64,000 nucleotides of DNA from Eledone cirrhosa (GCA_964016885.1 OZ024755.1:372001-436000), one strand, 5' to 3'. Shown: positions 1-12,419, counted from the first letter of the stretch. Notes: a model not told the origin generated them from the sequence alone. Numbers and translations: made by a program.

Positions 1-94
1 TTTGAACTCAGAATGTAAAGGGCCAGAAGAAGTTCAACTGACACTTGAATGATTCTGCTAAACCACCAACCTTTAATAATAATAATAATAATAA

Positions 95-292
95 TGGTTT
101 CTTATATAGGCACAAGGCCAACAATTTTTGGGGAGGGGAAAGTCGATTAAATTGACCCAAGTGACGGATACTTTATGTTAGGATGAAAGGCCAAGTTAAC
201 CTTGATGGGATTTGAATTCAGTCCATAAAGGGGTGTAACTCTATGCTAGAAACCATGACGTCCGACTCTACTGATACTGCGAATCCACCACA
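95..292 (-). mobile_element. tRNA-derived SINE, family A (second partial copy at 1-70)
   Basis: Reverse complement matches the copy at 55162-55346 (B-box-like GTTCAAATCC region, CCTTTCATCC core, GGCCTTGTGCC, (ATT)n tail). Confidence 0.75.
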
Positions 293-924
293 TAATAATA
301 ATAATAATAATAATAGTAACAGACAGAATTCAACTAATAAGACTTAAAACAAATCCCACTTCCTACACAAACCCCCCAAATCCCAAATATCCCTTTAGTG
401 GCAGTACAGGTGATATAATTGTATTATATAATAACAACTATAATGTGACTAACAATTCCACAAAACTATATTCTACCATATTTACTATAAAGATCTCATC
501 ATCGTTTAAAATGTATTTTCCCTGTTAGTAAGGTTTGGACATGTTACAGACGAGTCAACATTCGTAGCAGAGATAATGATGATAGCTTTAGAGTGAATAG
601 GGTGGAATATTGTTTCGTGGGATGTGTGTGTGTATTAATTTATATATATATATATATATATATGTACATACACACACACTTATATACATATATCTGCATG
701 TCTATACATTGTGTGCGTGTTTGTATGTGTATATACACACACACATATATATATATAATTATTAAATAAATAAATGCCATTGTTAATTAATAAATATATT
801 AACTAATACCTTAACACTTCACACAAAGTAAAATATTTTGTTTTAAACATTTTCTAACCCAGAAAAAAAAATAAAATAAAAGGCAAAAGAAATATTTGTC
901 TTCCTAATAATCGTCTTTTTCTCC

Positions 925-991
<67 letters not shown>

Positions 992-1411
992 CACACACTC
1001 ATACATAAATACATAAGATGTTGAAAATAGTTTAAATTGTCTAAGCTACTCTTCTAATGTGTAAAGAACGGTAATAAACAGTCGTTGTCAAAGTTATTTC
1101 CCTTGCTAAAACAAGGCAGCTTGCTGAACGAAACGTTCGGTGGAGATTTGTAGTTATATGTGGGTGTAACGTAAAGTTGTTCTTTAAATAACAGGTTTAC
1201 ATTTTATCAAGCAGACCTATCAGTAACGTTATTCCAGATGTGACCACCCAGTCCTTCTAATGGAGGGATATATATATATGTGTCATATATAGAGTATGTT
1301 TAAACTTTAATCTATTATTTATATATATATAAATTATTGCGGGTTCAATCGGGGGGTAACCACAGTAAGTAAAGTACTCAATACATAGAGTATAAATGTT
1401 TAATATAGAAA

Positions 1412-1462
1412 AGCTTCTACAGGACTAGAACTGATTCATTCGTGAGAAATCATCAGGAAGCT
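1412..1462 (-). ncRNA. Type I hammerhead ribozyme motif, GAAA mutated to GAAT
   Basis: agcttc CTGATGA t-ttc-tcac-gaa-t GAAT cag-ttctagtc-ctg TA gaagct: stems I, II and III and the core are all in order. Confidence 0.7.
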
Positions 1463-1463
1463 A

Positions 1464-1511
1464 CTTCTTGATGATTTCTCACGAATGAAACAGTTCTAGT
1501 CCTGTAGAAGC
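1464..1511 (+). ncRNA. Type I hammerhead ribozyme motif, C3 mutated to U
   Basis: cttc TTGATGA tttctcacgaat GAAA cag-ttctagtc-ctg TA gaag. Confidence 0.7.
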
Positions 1512-1639
1512 TTTTCTCTCTCTCTATCTCTCTCTATATATATGAATAAAATCTTTTGTTATTGTTCGCCCTAGGCTGAGGTATCTTGTCTCTAACGCGA
1601 AGAAATACCTATGATTCCTAGCAGACAACTATATATTTG

Positions 1640-1779
1640 TGACAAGTATATTTTTGAAACAGCGAGCGGGGTTTGAAATTAGAAATAGAAGCCTGCGGTG
1701 AATTTTTTTTTTTAAAGAAATTTTAGCCCGGTAGTGGGGTTTAGAACCCTCTAAGAAATGGAAAAAGATGACTATTGAC

Positions 1780-1780
<1 letters not shown>
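1640..1780 (+). repeat. Diverged copy of the repeat forming the 46.4-kb palindrome (probable Penelope-like terminus)
   Basis: Shares gaaacagcgagcggg.tttgaaatt and tagtggggtt.agaaccctc..agaaatggaaaaagatga.tattgac with the reverse complement of 46465-46605; ends in (TA)n. Confidence 0.7.
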
Positions 1781-1835
<55 letters not shown>

Positions 1836-2777
1836 CCCTCCACTAGAAACATACAAAATCAATGAGGAGTAGATCCTAATAAAGTAATCTAAAAAGAACT
1901 CTTCATAAGCTTCTTTCCCTTGAGATAAAGTCTTAGTTAAACAACCTAAAACTAGACGGGTTCAATGTATTTGCTTCTCTTTCAGTGAGATGTTATGTAT
2001 ATTGGTCACAGATTTACTTTATATATATATATATATATAAACTTAAGAAAATTAAAAAAGAAAGGACAAGATAACAAACAAAACAAAACAAAACGAAAAA
2101 CTAAGGGTAACCATAAAAAATTATTTTTTTCAAATAAATATACAAACGAAGGACACAGATGACTATGGTCATCGACCATTGAGAAAGACTTGGGCAGTTT
2201 CGACCCCTCCCAACGACACTGCTTGTCCATCTTTTGTCACAGCATTTGACATAAGCCAAACGTTGTATGTTGGAAAGGAAGAGAGAGAGAGAGAGTATGG
2301 TTGAGAGGAAGTGACTGAGAATATGGTTGAGAGGAAGTGAGGTGAGTGTATATATAAATATACATATATATATGTCATAAGTTAATAATCCGAAATATGT
2401 AATGATACTAAATCTTGTTTATATAAGATAAGTTGTGATGCATTGTTGTCAGTAGTTGTTTTAAAAACTAAATTTATTTCAAACTAAATAATTCAATATC
2501 AATCAAATTTAAAAGAAGATATGGTTTGTTACCTTAGGAAAGTGAAATATTGCAATTAATTTTAAGGACTACCTATACAAATAGTTTATAAAACTTTGAA
2601 CAAAATGTTTTCTGGTATTTGTTGTGGTTCTTTAAATTCTGACTTCAAATTCCAGCATGGTTAACTTTACTATTTTCCTTATAGAGTTGATAAAATAAAG
2701 TACCAGTTAAGTACAATCAACGGTTACTGCCCATTAAATTTCTGGTCCTGTATCTATGTTAACAATTATTACTATTA

Positions 2778-5700
2778 CTAGCAGAAAAACCACCCTTCGG
2801 GTGGTTTTCTGCTGGTATGTGTAGTGTGTATATTGATATTATACGCAGGTATATATACATGTAATAATAATAATAATGAAAATATCGTGTACAGTGCTCA
2901 GGTGCACTACAACTCATCAAAAGAGTATGTATAGTACATAGGGTAATGTACAAACGTCAGGAAAATGAACAGTGCATGAGTCATGATATACACATGTGTG
3001 TATGTGTATGGAAGGGGACATCAGGTGTAGTTTTGGCGAATTTCGGGAAACATGAGGGTTTTAAAGGATGCAGTGTCTCGGCAGCTAACAACTGTCGCAG
3101 GCAGTTTGTTCCATGCTTCAGCAACTCTGGGCGTGAAAAAATGTTTCCGAAAGTCATGGGAGCTGTGCTGTTTTCTGACTTTGTAGGCATGTCCACGTGT
3201 GTTAGACACATGGAGATCAAAAAAAGTGCTCAGGGTTGTTGGCAAGATGATTAATAACTTTGTGGGTGTTTACCAAGTCCATTGCCAGACGTCGGAGCTT
3301 CAATGAATCCATGCCCATGGAAGCAAGGCGTTCAGAGTATGGTAGGTGTCTGATGGAGGGTATGCGCTTTTTTGCATGTCTCTGAACAGTTTCCAGGAGG
3401 TCAATGTTCTGAGCAAGATAGGGGTTCCAGACTGATGATGCGAATTCCAAGTGTGGTCGTACCATAGCTGTATACAGCTTTAAATAGATGGCTGGAGAGC
3501 GGCTAACAAAGGTCTTGCTGAGTGATGCTAAGACACCCTCAGCCTTCTTGACAATCTTAGAGACGTGCTTTGTCCAACGCAAATCGCTGCTGACAGTAAT
3601 GCCCAGGTCACGTTCATAAGAGGACTTCTTGATATCAGTGTTGTGGAGGGAGAATGTGGGCGCTGGATTTTTTCCTCCCAAAATGCATGGTGGTACACTT
3701 GTCCACAGCCAGCTTCAGTTGCCAGTCTGTGATCCATTGCTGTACTGAGTCCAGGTCTGATTGTAGGAAAGAATTATAGATTTCAGGATCTGTCCTTTTG
3801 ATTTCAAGGTACAGCTTGATGTCATCTGCATATTTCAGTACTGTGGCATTCTTTAAGTTGGCATCTATGTCATTAATGTATGCAACAAACAAAAGGGGAC
3901 CAAGAACAGATCCCTGTGGTACACCAGATGACATCTCATATGGTGAAGAATGCTGTCCTATAACCGTGACTACCTCTTTTCAGCTGAGAATGAAGGATTT
4001 CAACCAGTTAAAAAGATCATCCCTCACACCCATTGCAGAGAGTTTCGCCATAAGTCTTTTGTGTGGCACAGAATTAAAAGCCTTAGCAAAGTCAAGGTAA
4101 ACAACATCCACCCATGAGCCGCTGTCAGTGATCCGGATAATATCTTCAAGGAACTCGATAAGCTGATCACAGCAGCTGGAGTTAGGGATAAATCCAAATT
4201 GCGAGGACCAGATGAGGCTGTGAGAGCTCCAGAAGTTCCAAAGTGTTTCTCTGACACAGGATTCCATCAGTTTGGCAATACGGCTAGTAAAACTGACTAG
4301 ACGATAGTTGACAGGTCACGTGCGGTCGCCCTTTTTGAACAGGGGAATGACACTGGCAGTTTTCCACTGCTCCGGAGTAGCACCATTGTTGAGACAGTAT
4401 TGAAAGAAGAAAGAAAGCTGGTGCAAAAGGAAGTACCTGCGACGTTTGAGAAGCAGGTATGTAACGCCATCAAGACCAGGGGAGGCATAGTTGCGCTTAT
4501 TCTTAAGGACGTCACAGCATTGCAGGTGCAAATTCCATAGTTGTTATGGAATTTGATGTTAGAGACGGTGGAGATGGTACATTCTGGTTTTCAACAGTAA
4601 AAATGCTTGCATAGCACTCAGCAATGAGTTCTGCGCATTCCTTGGGATCGTCAGTGATCTGGCTTGTGTGGGGATTGCGAAGAGGACCAACTGGAGAGTG
4701 AGGTCTCTGCTTTGAATGTATATATTTCCAGAACACCTTACTGTCAGGATTGGTTGCTATGCACTGTTCAAATTCAAGCACTGCCTTTTTTATTACTTGC
4801 TGGAGATGGTTGGAAGATTTATTCCGCTTTTTTCTGTTGGCATCTGATTTATGCAGTTTATATTCCCGTTCAGTATTCCAACGTTCTTTCCTGGCAAGTC
4901 GGACCGCTGAAGTTTCCCAAAGTGCACTTTTGGAGTGGTTTTTTTTCTGCTTACGTGGCACTGATGCTGCACACGCTATCCATATTGAGTCCAGGATGCT
5001 CTGGAGTATAGTGTTCACATCTCCAGAGTTATAGAACTCATGCCAGTTTGGGCGCTGTAGCTCAGTGCAGTACAAGTTCCAATCTGCTTTCTTCCATATC
5101 AAAGCAAGCAGATTAGAGATGGTTCTGGTTTTTGTTGCTACCCGCAAGAGCCAGATTGGCAATGATCATAGCATGATCAGAGTCGCCTAGAGGTTCCTCA
5201 GTAGTACAACTGATAACCACTTCAGGAGTAGTGGTGAAGATCAGATCCAAAGTGCTGTCACCTCTTGTTGGAGAGGTGACTACTTGTGACCAGTATGAGT
5301 CCAGCACTAGCTCAAGGAAATCGTTTGCACTTTGTGGCCAACGAAAGGTTTCCCAATCAATCTCAGGATGATTGAAGTCACCTGCAATAAACACATAAGT
5401 GGCCATTTTCCTGGCAGCAGCAGCTGAGGATATTGCAAGGCTGTGTGTCCTAATGGTAGTTTGGGGGGCGATAAACAACTCCAAGCAGAAGTGTTGACAT
5501 GGTCATACGTATGTCACGGAAAAAAACTTCTTGTGATTCATTCAAATCAACGCAAGGAATTACCAAAAAATTTGAATGAACGTAGACCATCACACCACTA
5601 CCACGGTGATTAATGCGGTCGTTGCGGAACAGATATGATACATAAAATAAAATCGTAATTGACAATATATAATACATAGAAATTGAATGAAGACTGTTAC

Positions 5701-6012
5701 ACTGTCTTATGTAATCAGTAACGTAATCCATGATACATTAAAAAAGATGATATTATATATAAACTGCATTAGGAGAAAATTAGTGACAGAAAATTAGCGA
5801 TGGCCAACCGGAAGTGTTGACATTTGAACATTTTAAAGAAGTGAATCTTTAAATAAACAAAATATATTTAATCAACAGCCACGAAATTTAGTAGATAAAT
5901 TATGTAATATTCATTCATTATTTATTCAAAGTAATCCAACTTATCTTACTAAGGCGATAACAAATTATAAACCGTACGCAGTCCCGTGCTCCTTACTTTA
6001 TTATAGTTTAGA
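2778..6012 (-). mobile_element. Non-autonomous Helitron (about 460 bp of own sequence) interrupted by a CR1 LINE
   Basis: Minus strand starts A|TCTAAACTATAATAAAG at 6012 and ends with the hairpin AAAACCACC-cgaag-GGTGGTTTT then tctgCTAG|T at 2778. No TSD, A|T target. Confidence 0.75.
2862..5632 (-). mobile_element. CR1-clade LINE, 5'-truncated, ORF2 (APE endonuclease + reverse transcriptase) disrupted by stops and frameshifts
   Basis: Collinear ORF fragments: FRNDR..RGSGV, GVVYRPP, GDFNHP, LDLIFT, SDH (APE); VYLDFAKAF, GVPQGSVLGPLLF, YADD (RT); RPHLEFASSVWNP, TRGH, WNKLP. 3' UTR with stem-loop and (TTA)n tail. Confidence 0.93.
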
Positions 6013-6724
6013 TTTATCATTACTTTTAATCCTTCAAAGGTTGTTAAATAAAATACCAGTGAAATACCGGGGTAAGTATAATTGTTCCCCCCCTCCAAAT
6101 TTCTGGTCTGTGCCTATGTTAAATATCATTGCTATTATCAACTTGGCCTTTCAACTTTCCAGGGTTGTTAAATAAAGTACCAGTGAAGTACAGCAGAAGA
6201 TATATTTGACTGACATCTCTAAAACTTCTGGTATCATCTTAATCCTTTAGCATTTACATAACTCTATATTTTACTATTATATTTTCTCGGTAAAGGCTTT
6301 ACCTTACATAATTATCTCACATAATATTGAATCTATGAAATTGTGATATTATCTATCAGTATGAGCAGCCGGTTACAGCTAGTTTGAACAAAAACAGATT
6401 ATTTGAGATGTAAATATCCCAGAAACTACAGAGTCTAGGACAAGGAGACTGAGCAGGATTAATGTTGAGCAACATAAGATTTATTACTCAACATTTGAAT
6501 AAATAATTCAAAGGATGTGGATTCCATGAACAATTTCTGGGATATTTCTATCTCAAATGATATCTAATTATTTTGAAACACCATCTATGATATAAGCTCT
6601 GGCATTTTCAGGCCTTTAATTTAAAAAAAAAAAGACAATTGTTTTCTACTCAAGAATAAAAGATATAATGGTGGAGGATATGGGGCTGGAGTGTTGAATG
6701 TTTTAGAATATAGACTATATTTAC

Positions 6725-6812
6725 CTCAAATGATGATACAACTAGTGTTGAAAGTCCATCAACATAGGGGCCAAGGATGTTGTGTTCTCGAACACGGAGG
6801 TTTTGTTTGCCA
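6725..6812 (-). CDS. KIF13: KIF13-like exon (GKQNLRVREHNILGPYVDGLSTLVVSSFE)
   Basis: ttctttcag|T GGC AAA CAA AAC CTC CGT GTT CGA GAA CAC...TTT GAG|gtaaat. 88 nt, phase 2 to 0. LRVREH..LGPYVDGL kinesin-3 motif; joins in frame to the previous exon. Confidence 0.95.
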
Positions 6813-6924
6813 CTGAAAGAATTAAAATAAGAAGAATATAAAGATCATTAGCATGTCATTTAGCCATATGAGAAATATTTCATATAATAAAAAAAGGGTG
6901 CCCAGACAAAAATAGCAGTTTAAC

Positions 6925-7222
6925 TTAACATTCTAATGATTTAGCAGACGATGTCTAAAAACAAGGTTTGTTAATTCAAGTGTTTATAGTCTTTTTATAA
7001 GTGAACATATTTGTGAAAATTTGCTGTATTAGAGAAAAAACTTAGAAAAAGACCTTCCATTATAATTTTATGTAAGAACCTTTAAGTTATGTTCCAAACA
7101 CTAGATAATTAATGAAAAAGTTGGTTGCATTACTAAATCCATTCATATCTTGGTGATTTTCAGAATTATTTGAAAACCATAGACAGTGACTTACATTAAA
7201 CATATGGTAACAAAAGGGTTAA
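6925..7222. mobile_element. piggyBac-like MITE (TTAA-CCC family)
   Basis: Ends atggtaacaaaagggTTAA; internal sequence shared with 40044-40297. Confidence 0.6.
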
Positions 7223-8020
7223 ATTGATTTTTACTAGTACTTAAAAATTATGTCTTTCATAAGAAATATAGCAATAAAAGAGTTAAATTTTGTCTGAATA
7301 TTTAAGCTGAGGTATTACCATTAGTGAATAATTCAAGCTAATCCCTACCATAAATCACTGTATTATAATAAGTATTTAATATATATAACTTCTTGAAAAC
7401 AATTATTTTGTATAAGCTACAGAATAACTTAGGCAGAAAGCTTCTGTTTAAAAGTTTTTTATTCTCATTTCAGACTTGTGGATTATAGATATTTCTATAA
7501 AAATCCTCCAATATTAGATGTACAACATATTAAAGAATTATGTTATTACTTGTAACACTTTTGTACCAATACTATATTAAAAGAACAAGCCATAGCCAAT
7601 GGCCAAAGGTCTTTTGGGTCATTCCTCCTCCTCCTTCAACTTTCCAACACCCTCCTTAGAATCCTTGTTGTTCTTAGCAAGGTTGTTTTCTGTAACAATC
7701 CTGTCCTGAAAGATGATGATGATGGCATTTGGTGAATGCCATTGATTCATTCAGAACATTCTAAGTAATCCTGTGAAAGTTTATTTTAGAAACAAAAGGT
7801 GTCGTTAGAAGTCACCGGTACGACTAATTAAGCTGATTGCTACAGTAACAGTGTTACTAACATGACAGTTAAGTTCAAATTGCTTTACATATATAATCTG
7901 GTTAAACAAGTTCAGCAAAGAAATATTTTTAAAGATTAGAAAAACCATTGAGTTCCCTCAAGTCTTAAAATTGTTTTAATTTAAGTGTACAACACTCAGC
8001 AACGTTTGGTGTGTATATAT

Positions 8021-8524
8021 ATAAGAGATGAAATTATTCTTATCAAGCTACGAGGGTCGGCTGAGAAGTTCATGGGCTGACCAAGATACTCTCATGGAAT
8101 GACCAAATGAGGTTTATTTATCAACATAGTCTCTGGAAAGAAACAATGCAGTTATTAATAAAAAGAGTTGAAAATCAATGCTTGCAAGATTTCACAACTC
8201 TTTTTGTGATGGTGGAGGTTTCAATGTAGTGTGGTGTCTGAGTAGAATCTGTCTGCTATTTCTATCAGGTTGAGACACCATGTAGATGGTATCCTGTTGG
8301 TTTATCTAATGTTTCACACTCAATAATGTCAGGCAGGTAATTGTAAAACGTTAAGTAAAAAATATTGTCACTTCGTTGCTTTAAGCAAATCGTTTTCTTC
8401 GATTTTTACTCACAAAAATGGAAATGCACTTGGAAAATTGTCTTAAACTTCCTCTTTATGTCTGGATTCTTAAGTGCTGATTCTAATAACTGAATAGCTT
8501 GATAAGAATAATTTCATGTCTTAT
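8021..8524. mobile_element. Element bounded by 30-bp inverted repeats, set in (TA)n
   Basis: ataagagatgaaattattcttatcaagcta (8021-8050) versus tagcttgataagaataatttcatgtcttat (8495-8524), 1 mismatch. Confidence 0.55.
8051..8201 (-). mobile_element. mariner-type MITE, partial, nested at a TA
   Basis: TA|cgagggtcggctgagaagttcatgggctgac TIR; reverse complement of the 11479-11676 copy. Confidence 0.7.
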
Positions 8525-10404
8525 TTTATATATATACTAGTGTATTGATGTGACGTTTGTCAATGAAAATAGTTATTTTACTGAAAAAACCTGGCACACC
8601 CTAGTTCCATATTTCCATAATGTGTCACCCTAACTCTGCAGTGCTGTACTGTCACACAATCTCCCGTCACAGAACTTAAGCCATTTATTCATAAGTAAAG
8701 ATGCTATAAATATTTGAATTAACAATCCCAATTTTAGATATGTTCGGCTAAATCATTACAGATTTAATAAAAAGAGTTGGGGGGGGGGGGGGGCTGCTGC
8801 AAAGAAGCAGCAAGTTCTTAAACTGATTCTCTGACCTAGTTTTTAACCCCAGTTAAAACTATTTTAATTCATTAGTATTGTTACTAACTACAAAGACTCT
8901 TTGGAAAACCATGCACGTCATAAATTGTCAATTCTCTTTCTTCACAGAGCCAAGGCTTTATATTCCTATTGCAGAGAAATCAATGATTGTGAAACTGCAT
9001 TGATGGAAATCCAATTGTTGCAACAATGGTGCGCTTTTAAAGTTGCAGTACAAAATATAAAATGCACATCTGAACTTTGAATATCACAAAAAGACCATCC
9101 AAGGTTATAATAAAAGTTTAAACAAAATTTACTTTTATTTTTACTTAATGCTGGACATCTGAAGATAAAGTATTTTGTTTTGAGTACAATAAGAACAAAT
9201 TTCTTTTCAAATAATATCAGACAAGAAAGAAATTATTTCCAATAGAAAGTAGTGAAATATCAATAGATAGAATCCTATTTTAGAGTAACAAAAACAAGAA
9301 AGCCCTGATCAGAAGCATTCATAAGTGAATAAAACTAACAATGAAATGGATCAATAAGAAAATAAATCTGTATAATATCTTCCCATGACACAATAACATT
9401 TGATGAAAGTAACAGGGCTAGCCTAGATATATCTAACCTTTGGTGTACTACATGTATTGTCATGCTCCATGGTGTACTACATACCCTGGTACAGTATATA
9501 TATTTTTCAATGTATCATGGTGCAGTACATGTCTTTTGATGCACCATGATGTACTATATATACTACTTTAAAGCAAAATATTTAAATTACTGGATCAGAT
9601 TATTTCTAACCTATGAACCTATTTAAAACAGATTACAAATCAAACAGATTTGTTTTCAAAATATGTTTAAATTAAAATAATAAAATCCTATCATACTTTT
9701 TATTATTCCCCCAGGAAGGGCAGTGCCCATAATCCTTTTTAGGGCCGCTAAAACTGGTAGGAGAGGAGGAAACCCGAGTTGGGTACTTACAAAAGCTAAA
9801 AACTTCCAACGGTCGGGTAGTGGTGGTGTTTAATAGGTGATAAATGAAGCCTACACGTCAAGTAGATGCTGCGGATGGAGGTGATGATATATTTTTACAA
9901 GTCTTACGTATTTAGATATGTCTAGACCGAATATAGATAGAGATGGAAAGAAAAGGCTAGAATTTCTGGAGAAAACCAATATGGAACACAGCAATAACTT
10001 ATCTCAAATTATGAACTAACATTTATTATTGTCTTAAATTTTAGTTTTAGTTAAAAAGAAACAAGAGACAAAAAAAAGGAAAGGTTAATATTTGAGAAAA
10101 CCAACAGAAAACAAGCAATCACTCATTACAAAGAACTTTGCTGTAACATTCTTTATTGATGAAAACTTTTGTTCTGTAAACATCTTACAGCGATGTTAAA
10201 ATATTAGCAATGGTTTTTGAAAATTTAAAACATTAACTGGTTGGAGAAATTGTTCTCACACCTGGATACCTTCTCTAACATTAAACAGCTCATAACTATA
10301 AATTAGACAAAGAAATTTACTGACAGCCAATCCACTTGTGACTAAAAGTTTTATGTAACTTGAACAAGGCTACAAAAGAATGGTTGTTCTAAGAGTACAC
10401 ATCA

Positions 10405-10660
10405 ATCATCATCACCATCATTTTATGTATGTTGTTCCACACCTACATGGATTGGACAGGTCCTCCTCGGTACAGTATCACTCCACTTTTCGTGTGCCTT
10501 AGCTATCTGAGATCAGGTTTCACCATTTCCATCCATGTCTTCCTTCCTTCCACTGGGATTGTTTGGCACTTAAGCCAGTGATCATCACATGTCCATACCA
10601 ACGCCATCTCTCTTGCACACTATATTTGATTCCTCTTACATCCAGTTTCTCCCTTAGTTC
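10405..10660 (-). mobile_element. RTE LINE 3' fragment, old
   Basis: (CAT)n tail; reverse complement resembles the LRWYGH / RKTW region of the 52-kb RTE. Confidence 0.6.
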
Positions 10661-11478
10661 ATCCACCAGTTATATAACTATGAAACTAATAGTACCTTGA
10701 CTGAGCCAGTGAATATTTACTATTGGAAGATTGTCAAAGTATCGACTGCTTTCTGATAGGTTTGTGGTTAAGCTTGTAGTAGTGGAGACTTCCAGCATTC
10801 TTGGTCACCAGACCACATCCCTATTAGAGCAGAGTTGGCTGCCCACATGTGTAAACAGCGCAAGGTGGGGTGGCTGTCCAGCACATCTCTCTTGCCATCC
10901 TCCATGTCAATGTCTTCATCCTATCAGCTGGTGAGATGGAAACTCAGATTTTTTACAAGGGGCTGAAATAAATACTACAAGGTATTTATTTCATAAAATG
11001 CTTTAACACTTCTGGCCAGTTTACTTTACAAGAGTTGTTGATGTTAGATTTGGTGGTATATACCAATGTGTATTGGCCACTACCGAGAATAATTGCTTTA
11101 AGTTCTTATAACATAGCATCTATAAAGACATGCACTTAAAACCACCCACATAAAACTGTCACATGAAAAATATTTCTGAATAAATCTAGTAATTAACTTC
11201 TATTGTACTACACTATATCAGTATAACAGTAGTGATGAGTCTTAAAATAGACTTAATGAGTTATTAAAGACATTTTTTTGTTTTATATTCAACTTCCTTG
11301 CCATTAATCATTGTCTTGCAATATTATAGCAGCTTTCTTATTTACTAGGTTTTTGTTGCTTTTAGTTATTTCTGTATAAATACTTCTTTGTAGAGGAAAG
11401 GATGGGCGAAATAGCTCCTGCACACACACACATATATATATATATATATACGTGTGTGTATATATATATATATATATA

Positions 11479-11676
11479 TGAGGGAAGGCTGAAAAGTTTA
11501 TAGGCTGACTATTTAGAAGTAATGCTAGAGCTGTGAAATATTGCGTGTATTAATTTTAACTCTTCTTATTAATAACTGTATTGTTTCTTTCTAATGACTA
11601 TGTTGAAAAATAAATCTTATTTGGTCATTCCCTGAGAGTATCTTGGTCAGTATATGAACTTTTCAGCCAACCCTAA
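11479..11676 (+). mobile_element. mariner-type MITE, full length (about 200 bp)
   Basis: TIRs gagggaaggctgaaaagtttataggctgac / gtcagtatatgaacttttcagccaaccct, TA flanks. Other copies at 8051, about 29990 and about 63345. Confidence 0.78.
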
Positions 11677-11756
11677 TAAATGATTCTTTAAGGAGGAAAG
11701 AATGGGAGAAGAAGCTCCAATATAAAATATACATGGTGTAATCCTAGCGTAGAAAA

Positions 11757-11970
11757 GATTGGCAGTAATTGGTAGAGCGTTGGGCAATATGCTTTGAGGC
11801 ATATAGTTACATCCCTTTACATTCTGAGTTCAAATCCCACCAAGATTAGCTTTGACTTTTATGTTTATGGGGTCGATAAAATAAAGTACAAGTAATGTAC
11901 TAGGGTCAATTTAATTGACTTTCCCCCCTGCCAAAATTGTTGGCCTTATTTCTAAATCAGAAACCATTAT
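11757..11970 (+). mobile_element. tRNA-derived SINE, family A
   Basis: ttggcag..ggtagagcg, ctgagttcaaatccc, ggggtcgataaaataaagtac. Confidence 0.8.
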
Positions 11971-12419
11971 GTTAAAAGTTTAGATTATGTTTTCAATTTG
12001 GAAATGTAATGTCAGTGTGCATTAACAGAGTTGCAGGAGAGCTGAGGAATTAGGTGTTACAAGCAGTAGAGAAGGCTATGTCAGCATGAACCTGTGACAT
12101 ATATGGTTGATAATTGTTGAGTAGAAGAAATACTAGGAGTTCTAAATGAAAGGAAGCTGTGAGAAAGAAGAGGTGAATGCTGGTCTCAGTAGGCTAAACC
12201 TCACAAAGGAGATTACACAAGAAAGAACAAAACAGAGAGAAGCTGTGTTGAAGAGGTGTTCTCTTATATCAGCTTAGAAAAGCAGATGCAAAAATAATGA
12301 TTTGATTTGAAAAATAATGATTTGCTTGAAAATCTAACAAATTTTTTTCACTATGTTCAAAATTTCAATTATTTCCTCAATTCCAGAATATACTACTACT
12401 ACTAAATTCATCCACTTCT

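Larger units (their letters stand above)
1331..1517 (-). mobile_element. Penelope-like element terminal (pLTR) fragment with inverted partial duplicate
   Basis: Hammerhead motif followed by ATTAAA and a T-rich tail on the minus strand, 54-bp inverted duplication, bounded by (TA)n/(TC)n. Confidence 0.65.

Noticed and set aside
2521-2540. GGT AAC AAA (minus) as the GNK of the next kinesin exon
   Set aside because: Flanks do not encode EGNKSRTVAAT; the next exon probably lies beyond position 1.
2782-2812. GC hairpin followed by a T-run, like a bacterial intrinsic terminator
   Set aside because: Better explained as the Helitron 3' hairpin preceding CTAG on the minus strand.
7620-7706. Purine-rich minus-strand stretch after tttcag, a possible alternative exon
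   Set aside because: No kinesin similarity, no clear donor, and a stop in the obvious frame.
9750-9790. GAAA-ccc-gagtt-ggg-TA, a possible hammerhead stem III
   Set aside because: No CUGANGA box and no stem I or II pairing.
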